DNA of 64,000 nt, from NCBI GenBank assembly GCA_043228905.1, contig JBHGNT010000018.1, forward strand, positions 2,790,001-2,854,000. Direction: 5' to 3'. Made by a program: the position numbers and the translations under genes. Position 1 is the first letter of the stretch. Each line of letters starts with the position of its first letter. Positions 33,933 through 46,612 of this stretch are shown one piece after another. Below the pieces are notes generated by a model. It was not told where the DNA came from. It searched no databases and saw only the letters and a program-made list of their open reading frames with translations. Source of the stretch: Azolla caroliniana (Eukaryota; Plantae; Polypodiophyta).

Positions 33933-36695
33933 ATGTCGATCTTCATCTCTACTGCCCTACGCCGATGGCTCGTAGAGAAACGCCTAGATGGCTACATCCG
34001 GGTCGCAGAAGCACCTCCGCACCCGGACGCCATGAACATCGCCAAGAGGCTTAACATCGACACGGTCACCAACTCTTCCATTCGGAAGAAGTTGGACCTA
34101 TCCTCACTAGGCGAAAGACATTTCGAAATACCTCCTACAGAGGCGCTGTAGCGGTATTTTGGACCATATTCATCCTCCGCCAAGGCCTATAGAACAAAAC
34201 AGATTCCGGTTCTTCCGTGAAGTTGCCAAGTTCCTACTGGAAGTCGGCTGCGTCCATTTCAACGCATATGGGATGCCTAAGCAGAAGGCGGGCATCATTA
34301 TCGACACCTTTGAAGGGCGTGCGGTCGACTGGGGGTTCATCACAGGGCCAAGATTAAGGGAAGGCTTACATGCGTACCAAGCAAGCAAAAAGCTCAAGCC
34401 AATCATTCAACAATACCTTACAGTACTATTTCCACCCTGAGGCCTACCAGCACCGCAGCCCAGCCAACCCATGGCCCCGCCCCGATCCGCAAAACGCAGG
34501 TTAGCAAAGTTATCGGCCCCAGAGTGGGATGAGGAACCCCAACCGGCCCAGCCAAACCCAAGGACAACACCTCCTACCGACCAGCCAGACACACAGGCGA
34601 CGCAGGAGGAACAGCGAGACGCTCCATGGAAGCAGCCCCAGAACCAGACACCGAAACACGGCGGGAAAGGCCCAGACCAAAACGGCACAGATTGGACAGG
34701 AAAGATGGGCGGGGGTTGGTAAAAAACGCCCCCACGGCACTAGAGGCACCGACCGAAGGCGAAGGCTCCGCAACAGCAAAAACGAATACCACCTTCGAAA
34801 TCATCCAGGAGCCACGACCGATTATTACGACTCAATCCCAACGAGGGAAAGCCGTATTTACGACGGAAATCGAGGTTTTGGCATATCCGGATATCCCGGA
34901 TACGGCCCACGAATTCAGCGCCCTCTTGCAGTTCGGTACTTATTTTGAACTCATGGAGTTCCTGGCAACACAATAGGTCAAAGCCGCCCAACAAATGGCT
35001 GAGGAGCATGCGGAGCGCTAGATGATCAAGCATAGCCTAACACAAACAACGGAGAGCGACAATGAGGACCGGCTAGCCAAGGTCGGCACACAGAGGAACG
35101 TCGGGATACGGTGAGTAGGGATGGAGATACCACCCTTAAACACGGCCCTAGTCAAAGTCCATCGGGAACTGGCAAAGGTCAGCACGGGCGCCAAGGAGAT
35201 GGCCATAAAAAATAAGAATGTCTGGAAGAAGGTTAAACTGACCGAAGCCGAACTACAAAAAGCCAACGCACGCATCGCGGAGTTGGAAGCTCACGCGACT
35301 ACGGCGCAACACGCAACCCCGCCACCGAACCACGTCATCGACGCTCTAAAAGAAGAAATCGAGGCTCAGACCGCCATCGCCTCAAAAGCAAAAAGGGTCG
35401 TGCAGCTAGCGGAATCCGAAATTGACCGTCTTCGAGCATAACTACGCCAATCCTCCGACAGAGAAAAGGAGATACGGGCTAACGGACAGAAGGTCGTAAA
35501 AACTCTTGAAGAGAAACTAGCTACGGAGGTAGCTCAGCACATCCGGACAAAGGACGACAGCGCACAATTACGAGAGGACGCGAAGAGATCGGAGGCGGCA
35601 ATCGCAAGACTTCGAACCTTATTAGAAAAAAAGAAGGTATGGTTCGATGAGCAGTTGGTGATCGAACAAGACAGAAGACATCAGCTCGAAATCCTCCTAA
35701 ACAATGAGATGGGGAGATTAGAAGAACAGCATGCAAAGGAATCCCAGTTGTGGGCGGGCCTGAAGGCCACGTATGAGGAAGCGGCAGCCGTTAAACAGCA
35801 GGAAATCGCAAATCTCCAGAAGTCGATGGAATACGCACGCAACCGCTGCCCGGCCATCACGGATAACGTGCGCATCCTTCTCCAAACAAACCGGGAAAGG
35901 TTCACAACGCAATTGAAAACGGCGCTAGACAAAGGATGGATGGCGTGGGCAACCCAAGCAGCGGAATTGCACGCGTATCGTGCGGACTGGGAGAACCGGC
36001 GGAAAGACGGTCGAGGTTTTTATAAACTAAATGAGGAGAGCATTGCGACCGTACGGGAGGACCTAGCGCAAGACTATCGTGCGCTAACAGACCAACACTC
36101 CGAAGAACTCGCACAGCTCTTAGATGATTTTGGTGAAAGTCAGGAGGAGCTATTTCACCAAATCACACAAGCCGGCAACACGCGCACAAACGAGGAACCC
36201 AGCGTGACACCAATTCCAGTCACAGCCGAAGAAGAGGAACCTCAGGCCCGATCACCAGAGATGACAACGGGGGAGAATAGCGGGGACCAACGAGCGGAGT
36301 TCCCCACAGAACCAGACAGCGAAACCATTACCCAACAAGAGGTTCAGCCGCACGAGCCCACACCATCATCAAACCACACGGAAAATGGTGCGGACCAGGC
36401 GGAATCTCCGCCCCACTCCCAAGAACATACAAAAACGGCCAACACCGCGGAGGACGTAACAATGGAGGCTGAGCTGCAACCGACTGCAAGCACGACAACG
36501 GCGGAGCCCAACCCACTAACTCAAGAAGAGCCCACCGTACCCGGACCACCCGCACACGACGACGGTGACTCCGGGAGAAACCAGGCCGACCAAGCAGAGG
36601 AGCCGCACCACGATGCACCTATGGGCCCTACATCACCTTTAGACGAAGACACCACAACAGAGCCGAACATCCGGGCCATTTTGGAAGAAGATTAA
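33933..36695 (+). pseudogene. G2 extra 3' ORF (~920 codons, disrupted), function unknown
   Basis: ORF pieces from 33744 to 36695; homologous to the G1 extra ORF at the N-terminal domain, a C-terminal block and the extreme C-terminus. Confidence 0.8.
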
Positions 36696-36699
36696 CGGG

Positions 36700-36742
36700 A
36701 TGGGTCCGACGTGCAAAGGCACTGTCCCACAGGCGTGCCAAG
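36700..36742 (+). other. tRNA-3'-end-like motif at the PPT position of G2
   Basis: ATGGGTCCGACGTGCAAAGGCACTGTCCCACAGGCGTGCCA-AG, then the 3' LTR. Confidence 0.8.
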
Positions 36743-37182
36743 TGTTGTCCGTTGGAATAGTAACCGACGAACAAAAGCATAGGAATAAGAAATTATATAA
36801 GAGCATAACACATGTAACGGTTCACGCAGGAAGCATGAACGGCTAATTAGACCCTACATATAAAAAGGGCAGAAAACCTCTGATGGAGGTGCGTGTAATT
36901 TTGGGTATGTAAAGAAACGCCTGATAATAGAATTCTATCTTCTTTGATTTTCTGTGTATAGCTGCGACTAATTCAGTGTCGGTGTCTTGGATACTTAAGC
37001 GTGGTAGTACGTAAGTGTAACCCTTGGTAGGGATTCGGTTGTAGCCGTCTTCCCTTATACGCGGATAGGTTACAGGGGTTCTCCCTTTACGCATTACGCT
37101 TAAACCCATGTTCGTTGTTCCACACCCACCTTGAGGTCTAGGTCAAAGGACTGACCACGGACCGTGTTCCTAAACGGCAACA

Positions 37183-38393
37183 CCTACCGGTGGGGTCGGC
37201 AACTATACTTCCGGCGCTTGCATTTCAGGTCTTGCCGTATCCGGACCCGCTGGTAGAGGTTGTTGTGCAGGGAGCTCTGTGGCCGGTTCTATCCGAACCG
37301 GTTCCGATTCCATCCTTGGTGCGGGCTGCTCAGGGCGGGGTATAGGCGTTCCATCCTTCTTTGGGTACGAACGCTCCCCAGCATGTTCGAAGGTGCTTGC
37401 CTTCTGGCGCCGCTGGAGGTGCTCTAACGGTTCCTCCTCTGCTTCCTCCTCCTCAGTCCCAATGTTGATTTTCGCTGCCAAGGGGTCCGGCGCTTGTTGA
37501 ACCGGTCGGCTAAGCCTAATCTTGATAGGCCATACCGGTGGCTCCTCCTACGTTTCCACCTGCCGCTTCCTATTGGCACACTCCTTTGCCGCTTGGTCCG
37601 TGTCGACCGCCTTCCCTTTGGTTTCCTTAGAAACCAACAGTTGCTGCCGTTTCGAGGCCGTTTTCAAGGTGCCTTTGGTTGTCCTTCCCCGCATCGTGGT
37701 CTTGACGGGCTCGATAGGTGGCGCCAATAGGGTGAGCCATTGCGCCATTGCCGTCCATATCTTCCGACCCTCTTTGCCTCTGACAGAGTCGATGGCCGCA
37801 CAGAGGCCATCTGCAATCAATATCGTCCAGTCCACCTTCACGCCTTCATATATGGCTATGATTAAGTCGGCCTGGTTCTGGGGCATGCACGGGGGTCGAG
37901 GGTATACATGTCTGAATTCATGGAGCACCCGGGCAATCTCTCGAAAGAGAGGATCTTCGTCGCCCTGTGTCTGGTAAGCCTTGCTTGCCAGAGAGTATTC
38001 CCCAAAATATTTTCAGAGTTGTTCCAGGGTAGGGTTGTCGATATTGAAGATTCCCCCTTCTGGAAGGCCAATCAACGCATGGATGACCTCCTCAGTAATC
38101 AGCTCCATGTCGATTTCTTTGACTATCTTCTCCGCCTCCCGATGCGGTGGCACCTCCATGATGGTGAGGAAACCCTTGAAGCCGTGTTGCCTTAGCCACT
38201 TCTTGGCTGCTTCAAAGAGTGCTTGGCAGTCCATGGCTTCGTCGAGGTCGGTGAGCGCTGGTGAGGATTGTGTGTGAGGAGTCTCTGTGTGCGTGGGTTC
38301 GCGTCTGTTGATCTTCAATCGCCTGTCTGCATTTGTGCTCCTTTGTTCGCGAAATGTGAGGGTTTCTATGTGGCGGGGGTCTTCTTGTTGCAT
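37183..38393 (-). pseudogene. G1 extra 3' ORF, N-terminal part
   Basis: AKKWLRQHGF...EVPPHREA...YFGEYSLASKAY...FREIARVL...IYEGVKVDW aligns with G2 33933-34440. Confidence 0.82.
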
Positions 38394-38639
38394 GTTGGCG
38401 CCTGTTTTTTTTTTTCATTACCCGCACATGTGCACGTCGTGTACTAAAATAGAATGACGTGTCATGTGGCGGCGGTTTAATACCCTATTAATAGCCCACT
38501 ACGTACCTTTTCAAAGTGCATGTTCACTCCTTTTTGCATGTGTCCATTCGCCCCTCGCCCTTGCATGATTTACTTTGATTTGATTTGATTCGATTCCTTC
38601 TTCTTTTGCTTCTTTTTTTTCTTTTTTTGATAAATGGTT

Positions 38640-41600
38640 TTGCTAATTAGCAACCAGTCTCACTGGACCCCTATCTGGATTGTGATCCTTGCCGGACACT
38701 GGACCGCTTGCCGGCGCTTCCGACTTACCGGTGTTCGGTTCTGTGTCGCCCTTCACTTGTTCAAATGGGTTTCTTGGCATGGGTCCATTGTATGGTTTGA
38801 GTCGGAACCCATTGACCCATTTACCCAGAACCTCACCGGCGAGTGTCCCTAATTGGTAGGAACCGTTGAACTCTCGCGTAGTCTAGTCCACCGAAACCGT
38901 AGCTTTCCCGGCATCTTACCCATCCGGGTCTGGAACACGAGTACCGGCTTACCGATGCCGAACATCTTTTCGTTCCCTTTTCGATGACGATCCACGAACG
39001 CCTTCCTTCACCGCTGCTCTAGTTCTAGGTGCATGATGCTGGCTAGCCGGTGTTCTTCCAATTCGCACTGCGCGTTTAACCGAATAGCTTCTGATTCCTT
39101 CTCATTTAGGCGTTCCCGAATCTGTATTCGTAGACTCAACACCTGGAACTCTACCGGCATCACTGCTTCCAATCCGAATGCTAGGCGGAACGATGTTGTG
39201 TGGATACTTGTCTTATATGCCGTTCGGTAGGCCCAGAGTGCACTGTGCAGCTTTGTATCCCAATCCATTCGGTTCTCATTGACGATTTTCCGCAGGATAT
39301 TCTGTAGTGTTTTATTTGTTGACTCTACTAATCCGTTGGCTTGCAGATAATAGGGAGTGCTCCGTTTGTGCACCACCGCATAAAATGTCGTCAAACTTTC
39401 CACTACTTGTCCTAAGAAGTGCCCACCTTGGTCACTTATGAGCTCTATCGGACATCCATATTGTCACCAAATGCATTCATATAAAAAGAAATTCGTGGAT
39501 GCCGCGGTGTTGTCACGTAGTGCTTTCGCTTCCACCCATTTCGTGCAATAATCCGTAGCAACGATCACGTACCGGTTGTCGGTTCTCATTGCCAGTGGTT
39601 TGAACAAACCGACAAAATCTAGCCCCCATTTCTGAAATGGTTCTAACGGTAGCATGGGCTGGTGAGGCATTCTGGCTTGTTCGGTTGGTTGGCCCATTCG
39701 TTGACATAGGTCACATTCTTTAGCGTACCGAACTGCATCCTTCAATGTTGTCGGCCACCTTAGTCCGCTCTGCCATATTTTCCTTGTCGTAGCGTCTCCG
39801 GTATAATGTCCTCCAGCCACGCCACAGTGTGCTTCGCGCAATATTATTTCCTTTTCGTCGTTGTGCACTACACGTCGCCATATGCCATCTGCACCTTTGT
39901 GGTACAGGGTGTCCTGTAATAGACAGAAGTGCCGGCTTTGAACTGCTAAGCGTTTCCTCTCATCTCTGTTCATCTCCTCCGGAGGTAGGCCGGTGCTCAA
40001 AAATTGGTGCATGTTGGTAAGCCATTTGTCTTCCTCTACGACCAAACTATCCGTTGTCATTTCTGCTGTGACTCTAAACAGCTCTACATCCGGAAAGTCG
40101 TCTAGGACTCCGTCACCGGTTTCGCCGGAATCCAACCGGCTTAAATAGTCCGCTACCGCATGTTGTATGCCGGGTCGGTGGAATATCTCGAACTCGAATT
40201 CTTGCAATAGTAACGTCCACCGAGCCAGCTTACCGATGAGTGATGCTTTGGACAGCAAGTACAGAAGCGCCGAATGATCTACGTGAAAGGAAAATTTCCT
40301 TCCCAAGAGATAGTGTCTAAACTTGGTGACACTATAGATCATACCCAAGGCCTCCCTTTCCGTTGTGGAATAATTACGTTCCGCTTGGGACAACTTCCAA
40401 CTGGCATAATAGACTGGCCAATACCATTTCGGTTCTGTCAGTTGCATCAGTGCGCTCCCGATTGCAATGTCGGACGCGTCAACGAACACATGGAACTCTT
40501 TGGACCAATCCGGAGGTTGCACCACCAGCGCTTGTGACAACAGTACTTTTAGTGCCCTGTAAGTCTGGTCTTCTATGTCCGTCCATCAGAACGGTCTCCG
40601 ATGTACTGCGGCATGCAGTGATGTAGCCAGGTCTGCCAGATACCATAGCATTTTGCTATGCCACCGAATTTGTCCTAAGAACCGGCTTAGTGCCTTTGTC
40701 GTGGTTGGTGCTGGTGCCTCCAGGATTGCATTTACTTTGTTTGGATCCACTGCGATACTATCCTTGCTTACTATGTGGCCCAGTAACGCTCTGTTGGTTA
40801 CTCCGAACACGCATTTTGCCGGGTTCAGGCTTAGTCAGTAAACCCTACATTTTTCTAGGCATAGTCGGAGGTGCTGAAGGTGATCCCCTTCCTGGCTATA
40901 AACAACGAAGTCATCCAAAAACACCTGCATGAATGCCGGAATGAATTCCCCAAAAATTTCCATGATGATTCGTTGGAAGGTTGACGGTGCCGTTTCCAGT
41001 CCGAACATCATCACTATGGCAACAAAGACTCCCCATTCGGTGACAAAAGCGGTTTTCTCCTGGTTGGCGGGGTGCATCCGGATCTGATTATAGCCGCTGA
41101 AACCATCCAGAAAATTGGACACCTTATGACCGGCGACCGCATCCAGGACTCCATCCGTGAATGGAAGTGGGAAGGCGTCTGTTACCGTAGCCGCATTCAA
41201 TTTCCGGTAGTCGACGCACACTCTGATCTTACCGTTCTTTTTGGGTACTACCACTATCAGGCTGAGCCATGTGGCTTTCTTTACCAGTCGGATGAAGCCC
41301 ACTCTCAGCAACTTGTCGATTTCTTCTTTGACTTTTGCTACGTAATTCGGGTTCATTCGGTAACCTCGTTGTGCTACCGGTTTGGCGTCTTTACTCAGAT
41401 GTATCTGGTGTTGATATAACTGAGGATCGAGTCCCGGCATGTCCTCGTAGGACCAAGCAAACACATCATGAAATTCTTTTATGAGTGTGATCATTGCCGT
41501 TTTGTTCTCCGAAGTCATTTCCTTGGCGATGTGCACCGGTCTTGTGTCCTCTGTGGTACCTAGGTTTACCTCTTCTAGTTGGGATGCTTTCACGCGTTGT

Positions 41601-43686
41601 GATACTGCCATTTCTTTTTCCAGTGCCTCTTGTGCTTGCCGTAATTCCCGGATTGCCTCTTTATCCGGTTCCTCGTCGGTCCCGTCCGGTTGCAGTACGT
41701 ACGGTGATACTGCTTCGGCTACATCAATCTCGAACAGAGGTACGATCTTCGGATTTTCCTGTAAGTATTGATCGACCTCTTCGTCCGCCAATCCTTCCAG
41801 CATGTTGACACATTCCGCATATAGCGGCGTTGATTCCTTACCGGTACCGGATTGTGGTTGAGTCGCTACTCGTACTTTCGCTTTTCCTTGCCGGAACGTA
41901 ATTATATTCTTCCTCCAGTTTTGCTTTATGTGTGTTGTTTTTAACCAAGGCCGACCCAACAATAGTGGGTAAGCTTCCTGAGCCTGTAGCTGGAGAACTA
42001 CTGCGGAAATGCGAAATGTGTGACCCCCGATGGTCACTTCCAGATCGCGGTCGGTTGTACTGAGCTAGTGTCCGCCATCCGAAGCCAAAACGGGCACGGT
42101 TCCCAGTCCTGGATTCCTAGAGTATTACATGTTCGGAGGTTGATCATGTTCACGTCGGGTCCTCCATCGATAATCGTGCCGGGTAGCTCCTTTCCCTTCA
42201 CGGTGGTTGTGACTGTTGGACTGCTTGTGTCCACCACTACCGGTCCTTCCTCCGTATTTGAAAAGAATGCTGGAGCCGGTGGTGTGTCAGATGTCGTCCT
42301 TCCGGTCTTCAGTCCTTCCGTGAACTGTGGTACCAGTTGCAATAGCTGGCCTAACGGCAGCGTGATTTGGCATACTTGTAACACCTGCCATGTTGGGTTT
42401 TCGGGTTGTCCCGAGCCGGCGAGCTCTTCGGCATTCTCCTTTTGTTGTTCGAGCTTTGCCACATTTTGCTCATTTGCCTTCTTCACCCATTCGGTTGCCT
42501 GCTTCTGGATGGCTTCTTGAGTTTCCCATTCCGTGGCTTTGCCTTTTGATCTTGTAGTGACTTGTTGTATATCTGCGACTTCCGCGTCTACCATGTTCAC
42601 CGCTGGTCGTTTGTCGTAGCTCTTCGCCGGACATTGATTACTATAGTGGCCCTCTTTCCGGCAATAATAGCAGTATGGCTTCCAGGCGTTGCTAGATTCG
42701 GCGTGTGTGCTTGGTGGCGGACCGGGGGCAACTGCTTGGTTTTGGTCTGGTTGGCTGCTCGGAGCGCCCTTTTCCGGTTCTCGTGGATGACCCCCCCTTT
42801 TTGTTGAAATGACGTTTCTTATTGAAATTCTTTTTGTTGCAGTATCCTTGTCGGGGTTGGTCGTCATCCTTGTCGTAGTCGTCTCGTCGGTGGTTGTAAC
42901 CAGGGGAGTGATCCCGGTTATATCTTTCATACCGTCCATTATAGTCCCGGTATCTGTTTATCATACCTGTCATACGCATCTCTGAATTTAAGCGTTGGGA
43001 CACATGGTTCGCTTCCCAGGTCTGCTGAAACGCATGGACGTGGGCTTCCGCGTCCGGATCATCCCGGTATCTGGGATATTGGAACGGCATATCGTCGTCT
43101 GGTGTCGGTACACGAGCTGGTGGTGTCAGTGGTCGTTCCTCCTCTGGTGGTGTTGGAGGTTTTCCTCGGTCTTCTGTCGCCGTCGGACGTCTTTCCTGCT
43201 CCTCTCGTCCTCGACTTCTGGTGTCGGAGGTCTCTCGTCCTCGACTTCTGGTTTCGGAGTGTGGTCGACTTCCGGCACCGGAGTTTCCAGCCTTGTCGAT
43301 TCGGGTTCTGGTGTCAGCAAAGTATCTGACTCCTCGTCCTCTGGTCCGCCTAGGGTGTTGTTACTGCTGCGGTAGTTCTTCTGCGCGTTGTATTCCCCAT
43401 CCGAACCCGATTCAAATGCCAAAAATGCTTCGGATTCGCCTTCCCCCGCTGCCAATGCCTGGAGAAGGGATTCCGCTTCCCAGAGGCTGCTTAGGCTGCT
43501 TCCTTCGTCCGAGTAGGCGTTTTGTGGTAGCCGAAGTGATTCCTTGGCCACTCTCCAGATCACTTTCGAAAATGAGTGATCCGCTCTGATTTCTTCTGCC
43601 ACTTGTTGGAAAGCCTCTCGCTTCCTCAATCGTTCAGCAAGTCGCCTTGCTCGCTCTGTAACCGGGCCGTTCGTTGGTCGCCTCAT
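38640..43686 (-). pseudogene. G1 gag-pol with a large internal gag deletion near 42990
   Basis: Gag N-terminal extension, YPRYRDDPDAEAHV, CYYCRKEGHYSNQC, IDGG, RT FLDD, RNase H and integrase ORF fragments. Confidence 0.92.
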
Positions 43687-44189
43687 CCATTCCCACCGTT
43701 GTTCGTTGCGATTGTGCAGGAATCGTGGTCGCCAAAAACTGTGTTAATCCTTAGGGCCGGACAATGGCCTAACACAGGGTGTCTTCGGAAGACACTTCAC
43801 CAAAGGGGTGTTACGGCGAGATAACTTAAGACACAATGATTAATCCGACTTAGTTGGCTACTTAGCAATAAGGCATTCACTTAATACACGCGTAAGATAT
43901 AACAATTAAGACAGAACGGTAATCAATACATGAAGATAAAACCACACGCTTATATTAATTCTCCGTTAAAGTTGTACATTGTAACCAGGCCTTTATATAG
44001 GTCACCGGTGATGCGTACAAAACGGTGCCAACCGGCACCTATTCGAAATCGGTCCAGATCCGGATCGGCATACCGATTCCGGTCCATCCGTTCTCTACAT
44101 AATTATAATCTATTTTACTTAATTAAATATATTCCGAATAACCATCCCTTTCACACTCTAGTCTCTGCTCCTTTGCCGGCCGGGTAACA

Positions 44190-44449
44190 AGCGGTTGAGC
44201 GAGTGGTCGAAAGAGTCGGCCGTTTCAACGGGGACAAAGTCCCATTCTACTTGGAAGCCTACAACACGGAAATGGAGGAGTGAGACGTAGACGAGGCATT
44301 GAGGCTGGAGTTCTTCTACCGGGTCGTCATCGTCCGTATGCACGTGGAAGTGAAGGAGCTCTAAGAAGCTCATAGTTCGTGGGAGGCCTTCGAAGAGGCG
44401 CTCCTGCAAGCATATGGGGGACGACGGAAGAGACGGGGACGACACGACA
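44190..44449 (+). mobile_element. Continuation of the host gypsy gag after G1
   Basis: GRFNGDKVPFYLEAYNTEM...SWEAFEEALLQAYG, homologous to 19856-20196. Confidence 0.85.
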
Positions 44450-46612
44450 AATTTCCCTGGACCAAGCACATACACCACATGTCTTGATAAATTCCCTGAC
44501 AAATTTCCACGGTTGGGGCCACCAAAACCCTCGAGATAGCAATTCCAAGGTTTTTGTAACCCCAAAGTGGCCAGCAAGAGGATCATCATGACAGTTTTGT
44601 AGAACCCGTGTATGACATGATCCTTCGGGAACATACAAGAGATTATTACGATATAGTGACCCATCCTAGGTTGTAAATTGGTTGAGATATGAGCTTTTCA
44701 TGTCCGGAGATGGGTCATTAATGCGGTCCATGATTTCTTTGGCGAATGGGTCTGACACGGTTGCCGTGGCGATCTCGTTGAGCAAAGAATCATCATGTAA
44801 CATGCAGGTGGCGAACATATGAAGTTGATCGGGCCGCAACAAACAATGGGATTGTTGTGAATATGCATCATCTCCTGGGCACAATGCAAAATCAAGTCAC
44901 CGAGAGAGGGCATCAGCTTTCCCATGTTGAACTTCGGGTCGAAACAAGATCTCAAAGTCGTAGTCGGCGAGAAAAGATGACCATCGGGCTTGCCTCCGAT
45001 TCAATGTACGACTAGTGGTGAAGTAAATTAGATTTTTGTGGTCGGTCACCACTTGGATGCGATGTTGGGCCCTAGCCAAATAGGGTCGCCATTCAGTGAA
45101 GGTAGATATGATTGTTGCCAACTCCTTGTCGTAGACTGGATAATTGATTTCTGAGGCGGTAAACTTCCAAGAGTAGAAGGCAACAGGACGTAGTGTGCCC
45201 TCGTCATCTGGTTGGGATAGGATAGCTCCAATGGCAAAGTCGGAGGCATCAGTTTCGACCTGGAAGGGCCTTGTGGGATCGGGGTGAACCAACATTGGGG
45301 TTGTGAGAAAAGCTGCCTTGAGGGCATCAAAAGCACGTTGCACCGCAAAGGTCCAAAGAAATGGAGTATCTTTTCTTGTAAGGATGATTAGAGGTTGTAC
45401 TAAAGACGAAAAACCATTGATAAATCGTCGATAGAAATTTGCAAAACCAATAAATGATTGTACCTCTTTCAACCGAGTAGGGACAGACCAATCGGTGATT
45501 GTCGCTACCTTGCATGCATCCATTGTGATTCCAGAGGGTGAAATCACATAGCCGAGGAATTCGACAGAGGTCCGATCGAATTCACATTTCTCACTTTTGG
45601 CGTAAAGTCCATGTTCTTGAAGTTTGGATAGGACCAATTGGACGTGTCAGGTGTGCTCCTCTATGTTGGAAGAAAAAACTAAAATGTCGTCAAGGTAGAT
45701 CACCACGAAGTGATCGAGATACTCCCGAAATATATTGTTCATCATGTGTTGAAAGACCGCAAGGGCGTTGGTGAGACCAAAAGGCATCACCTTGTACTCG
45801 AAATGTCCATAGCGTGTTCAAAATGTTGTTTTCCACTCAGCTCCTGGCTTGATACGCACCAGATTGTAGGCTCCCCCCGAAGATCGATTTTGGAGAAGAT
45901 ACGCCCGGTTCGAAGTCGGTCAAGAAGTGTTGGAATTAAAGGCAAGGGGTAACGATTACGTATCGTAATTTTGTTGAGACCCCGATAATCCACAAATAGG
46001 CGTAATGAGCCGTCCTTCTCGACAAATAATATTGGGGCTCCAGCTGGTGATTTGGAGGGTTGAATGAAGCCCTTGGCGAGGTTTTCATCCAGATATGTGC
46101 GAAGGGCCTCGAGTTTGGGTTCAGATAGCCCATAGATGGGCCCAAATGGTGGGTGTGCACCATCTTGGAGTTCAATTGGGCAATCATAGGGGCGATGTGC
46201 CAACAACCGGTCTGCATTTCGCTTTTCGAACACATCCAAAAAATCGCTATATCTTGCGGGCAAATTGGTGACAAGAGTAGGGACGTCCTGTGACACAATG
46301 GGCACAGAAGTGACCACGCTAGAATCGGCCACAACGGAATCGGCAACGTCGGAGACTAAGTTGAAATCAGAAGAATGTGCACCCAAGCTAAAAGCAGCCC
46401 CCACACAAGTAACAATGTTTGTGGAAAGGGCCCGTGCTGGTGTTTATGGAAAAGTGATGGACCGGCTACACCAATCCACCATTGGATTGTGTGTTTCCAA
46501 CCAGGAGAGCCCTAAAACAATCGGATGACGAGGGGTTGCAATGAGGTAGAATGTTAATACCTCCTGGTGGAACCCAACTTGAAATACCAACGGGACAGTG
46601 GCTTTGGTAACC
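44450..46612 (-). mobile_element. Tcn1/Tf-like chromovirus pol fragment (PR end, RT, RNase H, integrase zinc domain), no LTRs
   Basis: [10 protein letters not shown]...[10 protein letters not shown]...[25 protein letters not shown]; ETDASDFAIGAILSQ; CHDDPLAGHFG. Confidence 0.88.

Larger units (their letters stand above)
28775..37182 (+). mobile_element. Non-chromovirus gypsy G2, 5'-truncated, nested antisense in the extra ORF of G1; 3' LTR 36743-37182
   Basis: Starts mid-gag with no 5' LTR; LTR TGTTGTCCGTT...AACGGCAACA; G1 ORF sequence on both sides. Confidence 0.9.
21122..44189 (-). mobile_element. Non-chromovirus Ty3/gypsy element G1 with both LTRs (5' 43742-44189, 3' 21122-21569), carrying nested D and G2
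   Basis: 448-bp LTRs with about 23 mismatches by eye; TSD AGCGG (21117-21121 and 44190-44194); PBS TGGCGACCAC on minus strand near 43725-43734; gag-PR-RT-RH-INT then an extra ORF. Confidence 0.95.

Noticed and set aside
44443-44449. CACGACA as an LTR end
   Set aside because: Lies within gag-like coding sequence with no LTR body upstream or matching TSD.
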